Of a stretch of 64,000 bases of DNA, positions 20,124-29,071 are shown one piece after another. The DNA lies in the NCBI GenBank assembly GCA_003553085.1, contig PUPH01000031.1, positions 3 through 64,002 of the forward strand, read 5' to 3'. The notes beneath the pieces were generated by a model, which was given only the letters and a program-made list of their open reading frames with translations, had not been told where the DNA came from and did no database searches. A program made the position numbers and the translations under genes. This DNA comes from Thermoplasmata archaeon (lineage in GTDB: Archaea; Thermoplasmatota; Thermoplasmata; Halarchaeoplasmatales; Halarchaeoplasmataceae). Numbering within the stretch: position 1 is the stretch's first letter; every line of letters starts with the position of its first letter.

Positions 20124-21656
20124 CACCTCTTCCAGAACGATATCTATCCTCTGGCCCCATTCTTCACCGATGGTAAAATCTTGATCATTATGATCGGCAG
20201 AAATACGGAAGGTGTCGTCGGTCGTGTATCCACTATCTACAAGATTTCCAAAGTTCAATTCGTAGTAGCCGTTACTGTTCGTCCCGATGGAGATCGTTTC
20301 TGATGTATCGACGTTCTCTACCGTTACTGGAACATCCACCACAGAACCTCCTGAAGAATATTCGACCGTACCGTAAACCAGGTAGGGGACCGGAGGATGG
20401 AGGTGGTTTGTACCGTCTCCGAGATCTATATCGGCTATCCTTCCTTGATATATCAGGGCGTCATCAACGTCTTTATTGATGGTCATTATCTCATCTGGTG
20501 GTGGATAAAATCCATGACCTCCGGTTTCAAGTTCGAAAACCATCGAGAAAGCTCCGGTTTCATCATAGACCCAATCTCCAGCACCACCAGGTGCTGAGTA
20601 ACCGATCTCTTCTCCCGCCTGACCATAGCTGTAGGGATCATTCTCATCCCCCATCTGAGAGGTCAGAGAAGTCATATGTCCTGCCATCCCTCGGTACCAA
20701 CTATCATGGGGCGATGGATCAGTAGAATTACACCAAGGGATCAACATGGTCCCGGCATAGCTGTGGATGTTCTGATACGTGTCGATATCGTTTTCAAGTA
20801 TGAAATCCCTGAGAGACTTAGTCTCATACTCAGAAAACGGTGCCTCGCCGTGATAATCGTCTGCACCACCTCTTGAATTGCCGTCTTCCCAATGTATATC
20901 CCAATTCCGATTAAGATCTACACCTACAGCATCATCAGGGATCGTATCGTTACGGTTTTTCCGCCAATTATTTTGGTTTCCGTAATCGCCGTCACTATCA
21001 TAGATATACCCATCAGGATTGACCATGGGCATAACGTAGATCCTACGATTGTTGAGCATCCAGTGGATGGTCTCGTTGGAGTCGTATTCGTCCAGTATCC
21101 GCCACATGAAGTAGGCTGAAGCCTGAGTGGATGACCATTCTCTTGCGTGCATCGATCCATCCACAAGGAAACCAGGTTTGTGATCCACCTGTGTATCTTC
21201 GTCAGAGGTCACCTCCAGGACCCATAGATCTCTGCCCTCCCAGGACTGGCCTATGTTGATCTTCGATACAAGATCGGGATACTCGTCGACCAGGTCATCG
21301 TACCAATCATTCAACTCACTCACACTGGGATAGTGGTTGGCAAAAGGATAGTCGGTTTCAAGGATCTTTTCTCTGTCCTCTTCCTGCCTAATAACCTCGA
21401 CCTCCATACCTGAAGATTCCAGATAAGACAAGGTTGAATCATCGGTTTCAACTAATAGATTCATACCATCTCGCACCAATATTTCAGTATTGGCTTCGTT
21501 TATACTCTGTAAGTCCGCTAGAGATCTCATCTGGACTCCAGCTTTGATCACCTCTACATCTTCATCTTCGTAGTGGTTTACAGCTACAAAACAGACAGAA
21601 AACATCAAAAGCAGAACTACCGTTATTACCCCGAGGGGGATCTTTGTATTGTGCAT
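18408..21656 (-). CDS. Secreted M14 zinc carboxypeptidase (paralog B). Domain order: signal peptide, M14 domain, carboxypeptidase-regulatory-like domain, shared C-terminal cassette.
   Basis: SMHAREWS and NPDGY motifs. Collinear with and similar to paralog A. GGAGG SD 6 nt before the ATG. Confidence 0.85.
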   Translation of the reverse strand: MHNTKIPLGVITVVLLLMFSVCFVAVNHYEDEDVEVIKAGVQMRSLADLQSINEANTEILVRDGMNLLVETDDSTLSYLESSGMEVEVIRQEEDREKILETDYPFANHYPSVSELNDWYDDLVDEYPDLVSKINIGQSWEGRDLWVLEVTSDEDTQVDHKPGFLVDGSMHAREWSSTQASAYFMWRILDEYDSNETIHWMLNNRRIYVMPMVNPDGYIYDSDGDYGNQNNWRKNRNDTIPDDAVGVDLNRNWDIHWEDGNSRGGADDYHGEAPFSEYETKSLRDFILENDIDTYQNIHSYAGTMLIPWCNSTDPSPHDSWYRGMAGHMTSLTSQMGDENDPYSYGQAGEEIGYSAPGGAGDWVYDETGAFSMVFELETGGHGFYPPPDEIMTINKDVDDALIYQGRIADIDLGDGTNHLHPPVPYLVYGTVEYSSGGSVVDVPVTVENVDTSETISIGTNSNGYYELNFGNLVDSGYTTDDTFRISADHNDQDFTIGEEWGQRIDIVLEEVGDPPDITINRPEGGETFTAGTEEDITWTTEQGDDPIDSIDLWYSVDDGYSWASIGSGVADTGSYTWTVPNEDSTECRVRLNVIDTVGRSGEDISDVFTIEGAPPDPPENLDVQHVGSGQEVLFHDDASEDLGYTTGSSEGTNEWDIRDHGSIVGDSSWDWGDGGYEKVGEVSWLISPEIDIPEEAEEVELTFQHWRDFDYDDSWTNYYDGGNLKISVESADPNGEWSLIENPDPSYDVTLGTGFENPIEGEPAWVDSQGWEQVTVDLSEYAGDSIWLRWDAGVEDYDGGAQGWRIDDILVTAEGIISDGDEDNLITWDASPDDPDEVSHYNIYRAESSDGPWDGSTLIDSVTADGSTGYEYIDPERGTADEIFWWYVVRAVGTNGIEEDNTNAVQEPGAETTTMDIQLTADADGWNFVSFNLELGSTDLVDILEDPDNGIAGNYDKVMYFDSGRWYSYVPDRADHFNNLGTWDNTMGVWIQMNVDDTLTIEGNEPGTTTITLDPGWNMVGLPSSTAGNHNLPAEVTTVGYFDASEEYNVAYTDASGFEFSPGSGYWVYNDADHDVDWTIEY

Positions 21657-21755
21657 TTTTTTCCTCCAATTTTACCAAGAATCTATGTATCGTTGAACAC
21701 ACAGGTCATAAATAAATCTTCTTAGCACATTTAGCTCGAAAAAGGCGGTGATAAC

Positions 21756-21765
21756 TTTCATATAT
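21756..21765 (+). promoter_or_regulatory. TATA-box-like element (ttcatatata) centred about 27 nt upstream of the cysS ATG, which suggests a leaderless transcript
   Basis: AT-rich octamer at the canonical archaeal TATA distance from the start codon. No SD motif in between. Confidence 0.4.
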
Positions 21766-21787
21766 AGCAATAAGAATACAACTTCGC

Positions 21788-23227
21788 ATGACCCTAAATC
21801 TGTATAACACCCTCAATGGTAAAAAAGAGCCTTTCGAACCCATCGGGAACGTAGTCAGGATCTATTCCTGTGGGCAGACGATCTACGAGGATATGCACGT
21901 AGGCAACGCAAAGACATACAGTGCCTGGGACATCCTGATTAGATACCTTAGATGGAAAGGCTACGAAGTATTTCATGTGATGAATATTACAGATGTGGGT
22001 CATCTGACCGACGATGCAGATCAGGGAGAAGACAAGATAGAAAAATCTGCTAGAGAGAAAAAACTTGAGCCTATGGAATTAGTGACCCGTCAGGTCATCA
22101 AATTTTATAACGAGATGGACAGGCTGAACATGTGTGGTGCGAACGTATACCCTCGAGCTACTGGACACATGGTAGAGATGATCGAGGCGGTCGAAGATAT
22201 CATGGAGAACGGTTATGCTTATGAAGTCAACGGCACGGTTTACTTCGATGTGCCGAAGTTCGCAGAGGACCATGGATACCCTATGTTGGGAGGCAGAACT
22301 ATCGAAGACCTTGAAGTCGGTGCCGGAGGCAGAGTTGGTGAAAGGGAGTTGAAGGAAAAAAGATCGCCTCTTGATTTTGCATTGTGGATAAACGCACCTC
22401 CTGAACATCTGATGAGATGGACCTCACCATGGGGAGAGGGATACCCGGGTTGGCACTTGGAATGCAGCGTCATGGGAAATAAATATCTGGGTGAGACATT
22501 CGACATCCACGCCGGCGGTGTGGACCATATATTCCCACATCACCCTAACGAGAGGGCACAGAACATCGCCATGAACGATCTTGATGAAGAACCTGTGAAG
22601 TATTGGCTGCACAGCGCTTTTATCACTGTTGATGGAGAGAAGATGTCCAAGAGCAAAGGCAACTACTACACCGTCGAAGATCTGTTGGAAGAGTACGACC
22701 CCATGGTTATAAGGACCTTCTTCGCAGGACTTCACTACCGGTCCCAAAGCGATTTCAGTGAGAAAGCACTCAAAGAAGCAGAAAAAAATCTAAAAACCAT
22801 GGAGAACGCTATCCGGCTTGCTAAGGAAAGTGAAGGGGGTTCCGGAGAGGAACTAAAAGAGAGTATTAAGGATGTTAAAAACGGATTTGAAGATGCCATG
22901 GACGAGGATCTGAACACCTCTCTGGCGTTGAGTAAGATCCTCAATTTTGCTAGAGCTATCAATCGCAACTTGGATGATAGACCTGAAATATTGCTTTTGG
23001 CAGTGGATACCTTGAAGGAGCTCGCGGGTGTACTCGGGATAAGGTTGGAAAGAAGCAAGACCATCATCCAAGGTGATGAATACATAGACTTACTGGTGGA
23101 CATCAGGGAGGAACTGAGAACGAAGAAGGAGTTCGATCTGGCGGACAAGATAAGGGACGAGTTAGCATCCAGAGGTATCGTAGTAGAAGATACAGCCGAT
23201 GGTACAAAATGGTATCAGACAGGGTAG
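21788..23227 (+). CDS. cysS: Cysteinyl-tRNA synthetase
   Basis: Class I HIGH-type motif HVGNAKTY, KMSKS motif KMSKSKGN and Zn-binding Cys. Confidence 0.9.
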   Translation: MTLNLYNTLNGKKEPFEPIGNVVRIYSCGQTIYEDMHVGNAKTYSAWDILIRYLRWKGYEVFHVMNITDVGHLTDDADQGEDKIEKSAREKKLEPMELVTRQVIKFYNEMDRLNMCGANVYPRATGHMVEMIEAVEDIMENGYAYEVNGTVYFDVPKFAEDHGYPMLGGRTIEDLEVGAGGRVGERELKEKRSPLDFALWINAPPEHLMRWTSPWGEGYPGWHLECSVMGNKYLGETFDIHAGGVDHIFPHHPNERAQNIAMNDLDEEPVKYWLHSAFITVDGEKMSKSKGNYYTVEDLLEEYDPMVIRTFFAGLHYRSQSDFSEKALKEAEKNLKTMENAIRLAKESEGGSGEELKESIKDVKNGFEDAMDEDLNTSLALSKILNFARAINRNLDDRPEILLLAVDTLKELAGVLGIRLERSKTIIQGDEYIDLLVDIREELRTKKEFDLADKIRDELASRGIVVEDTADGTKWYQTG

Positions 23228-23295
23228 AACGGTCTCCGAAAAGGTAAAATCATATCAGGCTTTATTCATCTTCAACTAAAACGAGATGTAGTTCG

Positions 23296-24993
23296 ATGTT
23301 TGAGATGAAGGATAATCCACGAATATCCGTGATGATGATCACTGCTTTGATCTTGATTACGCTATCGATCTCAACTTCAGTTCAAGGGTTCCAAGAATAT
23401 CCCTGGGGTTCGTACGGTGGAGATCCAAGGAACAGTGGTTTAAGCCCTCACGACACTTCACATCATGAAGGTGAGATAATATGGGACTATGAAGTCGATA
23501 GAGCCATAAGCGCTTCACCCATAATCGGACCTAGAGATCAAGTGTATGTCGGAACGGTAGGAGGCTATCTTTACTCACTATCTTCGGCCGGGCTTCAAAG
23601 ATGGGTACACTCAGTCCAAGGAGCCATAAGGTCCACACCGGCCATAGGGGTTAACGATATGATCTACGTTGGGTGCGACGACGGTATGCTCTATGGGATC
23701 TCAGATCATGGTGAGCGTGTTTGGGAGCACGAGATCGGTGGAAATGTGAGATCATCTCCTACGGTCGGAGAGGATGGGAGTTTGTATATCGGTTCCAGCT
23801 CGGGACATGTTTACTCCTTTTCGCCTCATGGTGATCTTAGATGGAAAACATATGTGGGTGGAAGGATCACCGGTTCACCGGCCTTAAACGATGATAATCT
23901 ATATGTCGGTGTTAATATAGATGCATTCGGCGATAACGCCACGCTGATATCCATGGACCTTGGTGGTGAGGTAAGGTGGAATCATTCTATCAATACGAGC
24001 ACACTTTCTTCCCCATCGATAGATGATCAAGGAAACCTATATATCGGTGGCGGTAATAATTTGTACTCATTCGAGGCCGATGGTTCACCCCGATGGACAT
24101 TTCAAACAAACGGCACGATAAGATCATCGGCATCCATAGGGCCGAATGCAGAGATATACGTCACCTCCATGGACAAAAATCTGTACGCTTTAAATACCGA
24201 TGGGCAGATCAGGTGGTATTTCGAAACGGGAGCTTATATAAGCGGCTCACCGTCGATCTGTTCGGATGGAAACGTGTTCGTCGGTTCTGCCGACGGTAAA
24301 CTGTACTCACTGAATTATGAGGGGGATCTAAGGAGTACCGTCAACGTCGGTGAGAACATAATCAGCACACCAGCCATCGGCTCAGATGGAAAGATATATT
24401 TTGGTACAGTGGGAGGTGTTTTTTATGCAGTCAATGGGCACGTCGAGGACGAGAAGACACCACCTATACCCGTATCGGTCAGTGTTGAAGTCGGAGCAGA
24501 TCATATAAACATCAGCTGGGAATTACCGTCTGAAGAACTTGAGGTGGATCACTTCAACATATACAGAACCGATGTAGATGGTAATAGATCCTACCTATTT
24601 TCCATAAGCGGAGCGAGGCGTTACTACAGAGATGGTATGGTGGATCACGATGTGAAGTATATCTATCGCATTTCTTCCGTGGATGAAAGAGGGGAGTCCT
24701 TACCGAGCGAACCTATGATCATATCTTTAACTCCACCCGAAGATAAAGAAGAGATATCTGTTTTTGAAAGGGGGGAAATCCTTCTGCCCATACTGTTAGT
24801 AACCATCATCTCCTTCGTGATGATCTGCAAACATCTTAAAAAGAAAAGAGAAGAAAAGAATCGACTCCCTATGGAGATAGGGTTGCGTTATACCTGCCCA
24901 TACTGTGCCAATAAAGTGTATTCATCAGGTGATCCCGGAGAATGTGTGAACTGTACTCGATGTGGTAGTCTGATCAAGGGGTTGAATCACTGA
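23296..24993 (+). CDS. Membrane-anchored PQQ-like beta-propeller protein. Domain order: signal peptide, about 8 propeller blades, FN3-like domain, TM helix, C-terminal zinc ribbon.
   Basis: Repeated (D/N)G.(L/I)Y.G(S/T) blades. The FN3-like stretch contains HFNIYRTD. TM segment LLPILLVTIISFVMICKHL. C-terminal CPYCANKV...CVNCTRCGS. Confidence 0.7.
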   Translation: MFEMKDNPRISVMMITALILITLSISTSVQGFQEYPWGSYGGDPRNSGLSPHDTSHHEGEIIWDYEVDRAISASPIIGPRDQVYVGTVGGYLYSLSSAGLQRWVHSVQGAIRSTPAIGVNDMIYVGCDDGMLYGISDHGERVWEHEIGGNVRSSPTVGEDGSLYIGSSSGHVYSFSPHGDLRWKTYVGGRITGSPALNDDNLYVGVNIDAFGDNATLISMDLGGEVRWNHSINTSTLSSPSIDDQGNLYIGGGNNLYSFEADGSPRWTFQTNGTIRSSASIGPNAEIYVTSMDKNLYALNTDGQIRWYFETGAYISGSPSICSDGNVFVGSADGKLYSLNYEGDLRSTVNVGENIISTPAIGSDGKIYFGTVGGVFYAVNGHVEDEKTPPIPVSVSVEVGADHINISWELPSEELEVDHFNIYRTDVDGNRSYLFSISGARRYYRDGMVDHDVKYIYRISSVDERGESLPSEPMIISLTPPEDKEEISVFERGEILLPILLVTIISFVMICKHLKKKREEKNRLPMEIGLRYTCPYCANKVYSSGDPGECVNCTRCGSLIKGLNH

Positions 24994-25493
24994 TGATCTA
25001 TCGTTTTGTCGAAATCCTTCATCTTATCTAAAACGGTTTCAGTCTCTGGTAAAAACTTTTTGTGTTTTAGGTGTTCGTCTATTTCGTTGAATGGTACGAA
25101 CTCACCTTCCTGAAACTCGTTTGGATTCAGCCGTACTTCCTCGGGAGGAACTGTAGTCTTAAAGAGTGAAACGTGTTCTATCTCTTCAGGCAGTTCCTTA
25201 ACGAAATTCCCTATGTGTACGTGTTCACCGACAGTACCTATCTCCTCCTCCATCTCTTTAAGCAACGTTTTTTCGTATGAATCACCGGAGGAGACATGGC
25301 CACCTAATACAACGCTCCAGTGACCCCCGAAAAACTCCTTATCATTACTCCGTTTGGTTATCAGTACACGTCCATCGTTACTGACAACGAAGAACATCAC
25401 AGTTCTATGTGGTAATTTTTTTTCATGAACTTCTTTACGTGTTGCCTTTCCAACGACTTCGTTCTTTTCGTTCACAACATCGATCAGTTCCAT
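24987..25493 (-). CDS. NUDIX hydrolase
   Basis: Nudix box GGHVSSGDSYEKTLLKEMEEEIG. Confidence 0.75.
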   Translation of the reverse strand: MELIDVVNEKNEVVGKATRKEVHEKKLPHRTVMFFVVSNDGRVLITKRSNDKEFFGGHWSVVLGGHVSSGDSYEKTLLKEMEEEIGTVGEHVHIGNFVKELPEEIEHVSLFKTTVPPEEVRLNPNEFQEGEFVPFNEIDEHLKHKKFLPETETVLDKMKDFDKTIDHQ

Positions 25494-25611
25494 GGAGTAC
25501 TTGATAAGGTTTTCATATAAAAAGTATGTCTTTGATAAGTCTAGTGTGCACGGATATGAGTCAAAAATGACGAATTATCAGAGTAAAGTTTTAAATAATT
25601 TAAACCTTTAT

Positions 25612-26037
25612 TCATGAATCCATGCTTTTTCTCTTGGAGTAGTAGCGTATGTCCAGATCCTCGTAACCTAGCTTTTCGAAGAATTTCATAGACTCGGGAT
25701 TATCCCCTTCTATCAAAACACCGATGATCTCTATTCCTTTGTTATAAAATTCTTCCTCCAGAGCGCTGACCAATCGGGTCCCTAGACCCCGGTTCCGATG
25801 CTCGGGATGAACAGCTAAACGGTTTATCCAACCCTTTCTACCGTCGTCAGTACCGAAAGCCACCGCCACCATCCTATCACCCTCATAGAATGCCTTCCAG
25901 TATTCCGGTTCCCTCTGTATCTCTTTTCTGATCTTATCACGGGTATCCCTCCCTCGAGGTTTATACGGTAAACCGCAAATACCCCATAATTCCATCATGT
26001 CCTCATAATCCTGGATATCTACCGTGCTTATCCTCAT
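25612..26037 (-). CDS. GNAT family N-acetyltransferase
   Basis: Acetyl-CoA-binding motif HPEHRNRGLGTRLV. Confidence 0.7.
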   Translation of the reverse strand: MRISTVDIQDYEDMMELWGICGLPYKPRGRDTRDKIRKEIQREPEYWKAFYEGDRMVAVAFGTDDGRKGWINRLAVHPEHRNRGLGTRLVSALEEEFYNKGIEIIGVLIEGDNPESMKFFEKLGYEDLDIRYYSKRKSMDS

Positions 26038-26076
26038 AGGATGGGATAGAATATTATCGGTTTATAATCCTTATGT

Positions 26077-26346
26077 TCATTTCAGATCCAGCTTCAGGTG
26101 ATATTCGTCCCTCTCCAACCTATATTCCCAGACTTCACCAGTTAATCCTTTAGCCCGCCTTTTATCCAGCAATCCAACTTTAGAAAGAGACCGTAAATAT
26201 GTGACCGCTGTGGCTGTGGTTATGCCGATATAAGATGCGAGCTCGTTTGCTTTGATCCAATCCTTCCTCATCAGTTCACGGATCACTTCTGGCACGTGCT
26301 TTTTCCCTAGGATACGAGCACACTCATTGAACTCTTCGATATACAT
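26077..26346 (-). CDS. Small winged-helix (ArsR/TrmB-like) transcriptional regulator
   Basis: HTH stretch ANELASYIGITTATAVTYLRSLSKVGLL followed by a wing. Confidence 0.55.
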   Translation of the reverse strand: MYIEEFNECARILGKKHVPEVIRELMRKDWIKANELASYIGITTATAVTYLRSLSKVGLLDKRRAKGLTGEVWEYRLERDEYHLKLDLK

Positions 26347-26363
26347 GCAATAGGTATTAAGTT

Positions 26364-26376
26364 TTAATATTATTAA
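26364..26376. promoter_or_regulatory. Perfect 13-bp palindrome TTAATAT-TATTAA in the divergent regulator/nurA promoter region. Candidate operator or BRE-TATA.
   Basis: Direct reading. It is centred about 24 nt upstream of the regulator's start codon. Confidence 0.35.
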
Positions 26377-26486
26377 ATCTTTACTCCTCGACCGAATGAA
26401 TTTATCTTATCACCCATCTACAGAACCCACTACCGCAACGCACTTTCACTCATCTCCCTCGTCAAAGATTAAGTACTCCCTGGTAT

Positions 26487-27524
26487 ATGCTGGTTCAGAT
26501 GATCCAAGAGCTGTGGCGAATACTGAATGAGATGGGAGGAGTGCCCGATGATTGGGGGGACCCTCACTTCCAGCATCATCAGGGGTATTACGAGTCTGTG
26601 CCACTATCTACAGACAACTTTACACCCTTCAGTTCTACCGGGGAGGAGGATAAAGTTGTATGCTGTGTTGACGGAGGGAACAACTGCATCTATAGATCAC
26701 CGATCGATTCACTTCACCTGATACGGATATATTTCAACCTATTCAAAGGACGAACCCGGTCTAAAAATGTAAAACCCCTCAACGCCTTCCTTACTGTCAA
26801 ACAGGGATATGAATCTATCGAATGTCGAATCAGACCGATAGAATCCTACATGCCGATCTCAGAAACGGAGTTCATATTGAATAAGGAAGACCTAGGTGAT
26901 GGAAACGGGGAAAACGCCGGTAGGATCATACGGACATACCTGGAATGGGATACCATGAGTCATGTGGTTGAAAAACACCTCGATGAAGGTGATATACTGG
27001 TCAAGGACGGAGTACTGCAGACCAGTGTAGAGGGGGAGAAGGAACATTCAGATAGATTATACGGATTAGTGGAAAAGCACAACATCAACCTTGTTGGGGT
27101 GGCAAAGAGCTGTTCATTAAAGACCACCATGGGCCACCCACTCATATCCGCTGTTCGATTTATTGGTGATGGACTCGAAGAAGACCTTTGGTACTATCAC
27201 CCACTAGCGATAAATAAAAACCCTGATCATAAGGGGGATATGGCCATAGTAAAATATCATCCACGGTCTGAATATGTCTTTAGGACCGAGTTCTACGAAG
27301 GTGTTGATATGGATAAAAAAGAAGTACTAGGTCATCTGGCAAACCAGGCCAAGGATCCTTTGTTCCTTGGTTACCCTTACGGGTTGGTTGATGCAGATAT
27401 GAAAGCGAGAGTAACGGATGAAGAGACAAGACACCTTCGACGTGCTGGGACGGACCGTATGAGAAAAGAAGTATCGTACCGAATAAAAGCGTTAGATGCA
27501 CATGATAGATTGAGCAATCTTTGA
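26487..27524 (+). CDS. nurA: NurA 5'-3' nuclease (HerA partner)
   Basis: Lies immediately upstream of herA in the same orientation. Has an N-terminal VDGG(N) aspartate motif and is about 340 aa. Confidence 0.65.
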   Translation: MLVQMIQELWRILNEMGGVPDDWGDPHFQHHQGYYESVPLSTDNFTPFSSTGEEDKVVCCVDGGNNCIYRSPIDSLHLIRIYFNLFKGRTRSKNVKPLNAFLTVKQGYESIECRIRPIESYMPISETEFILNKEDLGDGNGENAGRIIRTYLEWDTMSHVVEKHLDEGDILVKDGVLQTSVEGEKEHSDRLYGLVEKHNINLVGVAKSCSLKTTMGHPLISAVRFIGDGLEEDLWYYHPLAINKNPDHKGDMAIVKYHPRSEYVFRTEFYEGVDMDKKEVLGHLANQAKDPLFLGYPYGLVDADMKARVTDEETRHLRRAGTDRMRKEVSYRIKALDAHDRLSNL

Positions 27525-27539
27525 ATTAGGGATGATCAT

Positions 27540-29039
27540 ATGACAGTTATAGGACAGATAATAGGCGGAGAATACGGAGAACTCTACGTTAGACAGAAAG
27601 CACGGAAAACCATAGAGATAGGAGAGCTGCTTTCCGTCGGAGGAGATGTGATACTCCAAGTGCATGATCTAGGTTACGACTCGTTGATGGAGGATGACGA
27701 TCTAGCCAGGATCAGCGGGATGCAGTTAGAAGGGTACGACGACACCGCTATAATGGAGGAAGAGATCAGGAACTACATATGTGCTAGGGCGAAGCTCCTG
27801 GTACACGTTAAAGATGGTACAGCCAAGATACCTAAGAAACTACCACCTTTCTTCGATCAAGTCAGAAGGGTCAGTGAAGAAAACTTCGAGTTCTTGGATG
27901 AACCGGAGAATGGACTGTACTTGGGGAAGATAAGGAGCGGCAGCAGAGTGCTCGATGTCCCCGTATATATCGACGGGAAGAAGGCTTTGTCCCATCACAT
28001 ACTGATCCCGGCAACCACCGGCAGAGGAAAGAGTAATCTGGTAAAGGTGATGCTGTGGAACCTCATACCTAAGGACTACTGCGGCATGTTGATCATCGAT
28101 CCACATGATGAATACTATGGAAGGAACGAACTAGGCGCCAAAGATCATCCAGAAGCCCCGAACAAGGTAGAATACTATTCTCCGAACCCTCCACCGGGAG
28201 GGTACAGTCTAAAAGTTAACACGAACTTGCTTCGACCCTGGGATCTAAGAGGCATCATAGATCTAACATCTGCTCAGACCGATGCGATGTACGTTTACTA
28301 TGGGATATATGGTGAAGAATGGCTTGGATCTATCATGGTCAGCGACCCTGAGGAAGCCAAGATACACGGTGTGCAGGAATCCACCCTCGATGTATTACGA
28401 CGTAAGCTCTCTCTAGCCATCGATATCAACGAGGTCAATGGAAGGGTTTACTGTGACAGCACGATATTCACAACCGAGGGAAATGAGAACATGATGAACC
28501 AGATCGTTGAATCCATAGAAGAAGGAAAAAAAGTGATATTAGACACAAGTTCCATGCCCCAAGACAAGGAACTACTCATAGCCGGGATGATCACAAGCCG
28601 TGTGTTCAACAGATACAAACATTACAAAGAGAAGGGAGAACTGGATGGTAAACCAACCGTTAGCGTCGTCATCGAAGAGGCGCCTAGAGTACTCGGTGAA
28701 AGAGCGGGCAGGAACGTATTCCACACTATCGCAAGAGAAGGTAGAAAATTCAGGGTCGGTCTGATAGCCATCACACAGTTATCCAGCATGATACCCCGAG
28801 AACTACTGGCCAATATGAACACCAAGATAATACTCGGCAACGAGATGAGGAGTGAAAGAGAAGCGATCATCGGTAGTGTAGCACAGGACCTATCCAAAGA
28901 CAGTAAGAACATCGCTAGCCTTGACAAAGGGGAAGCCATAGTCAGCAGTATATTCACAAAGTTCGCAGTTCCGATAAAGATCGACCTTTTTGACGATATT
29001 GTAGAAAGGAAGGAAAGAAAAAATTTGAAGTTCTTTTAA
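27540..29039 (+). CDS. herA: HerA DNA helicase/translocase (FtsK-HerA ATPase)
   Basis: Walker [12 protein letters not shown], Walker [11 protein letters not shown] and the N-terminal barrel region typical of HerA. About 500 aa. Confidence 0.8.
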   Translation: MTVIGQIIGGEYGELYVRQKARKTIEIGELLSVGGDVILQVHDLGYDSLMEDDDLARISGMQLEGYDDTAIMEEEIRNYICARAKLLVHVKDGTAKIPKKLPPFFDQVRRVSEENFEFLDEPENGLYLGKIRSGSRVLDVPVYIDGKKALSHHILIPATTGRGKSNLVKVMLWNLIPKDYCGMLIIDPHDEYYGRNELGAKDHPEAPNKVEYYSPNPPPGGYSLKVNTNLLRPWDLRGIIDLTSAQTDAMYVYYGIYGEEWLGSIMVSDPEEAKIHGVQESTLDVLRRKLSLAIDINEVNGRVYCDSTIFTTEGNENMMNQIVESIEEGKKVILDTSSMPQDKELLIAGMITSRVFNRYKHYKEKGELDGKPTVSVVIEEAPRVLGERAGRNVFHTIAREGRKFRVGLIAITQLSSMIPRELLANMNTKIILGNEMRSEREAIIGSVAQDLSKDSKNIASLDKGEAIVSSIFTKFAVPIKIDLFDDIVERKERKNLKFF

Positions 29040-29071
29040 AAAATAAAGAAAAGGGGTTTTGGGGAAAGAGT

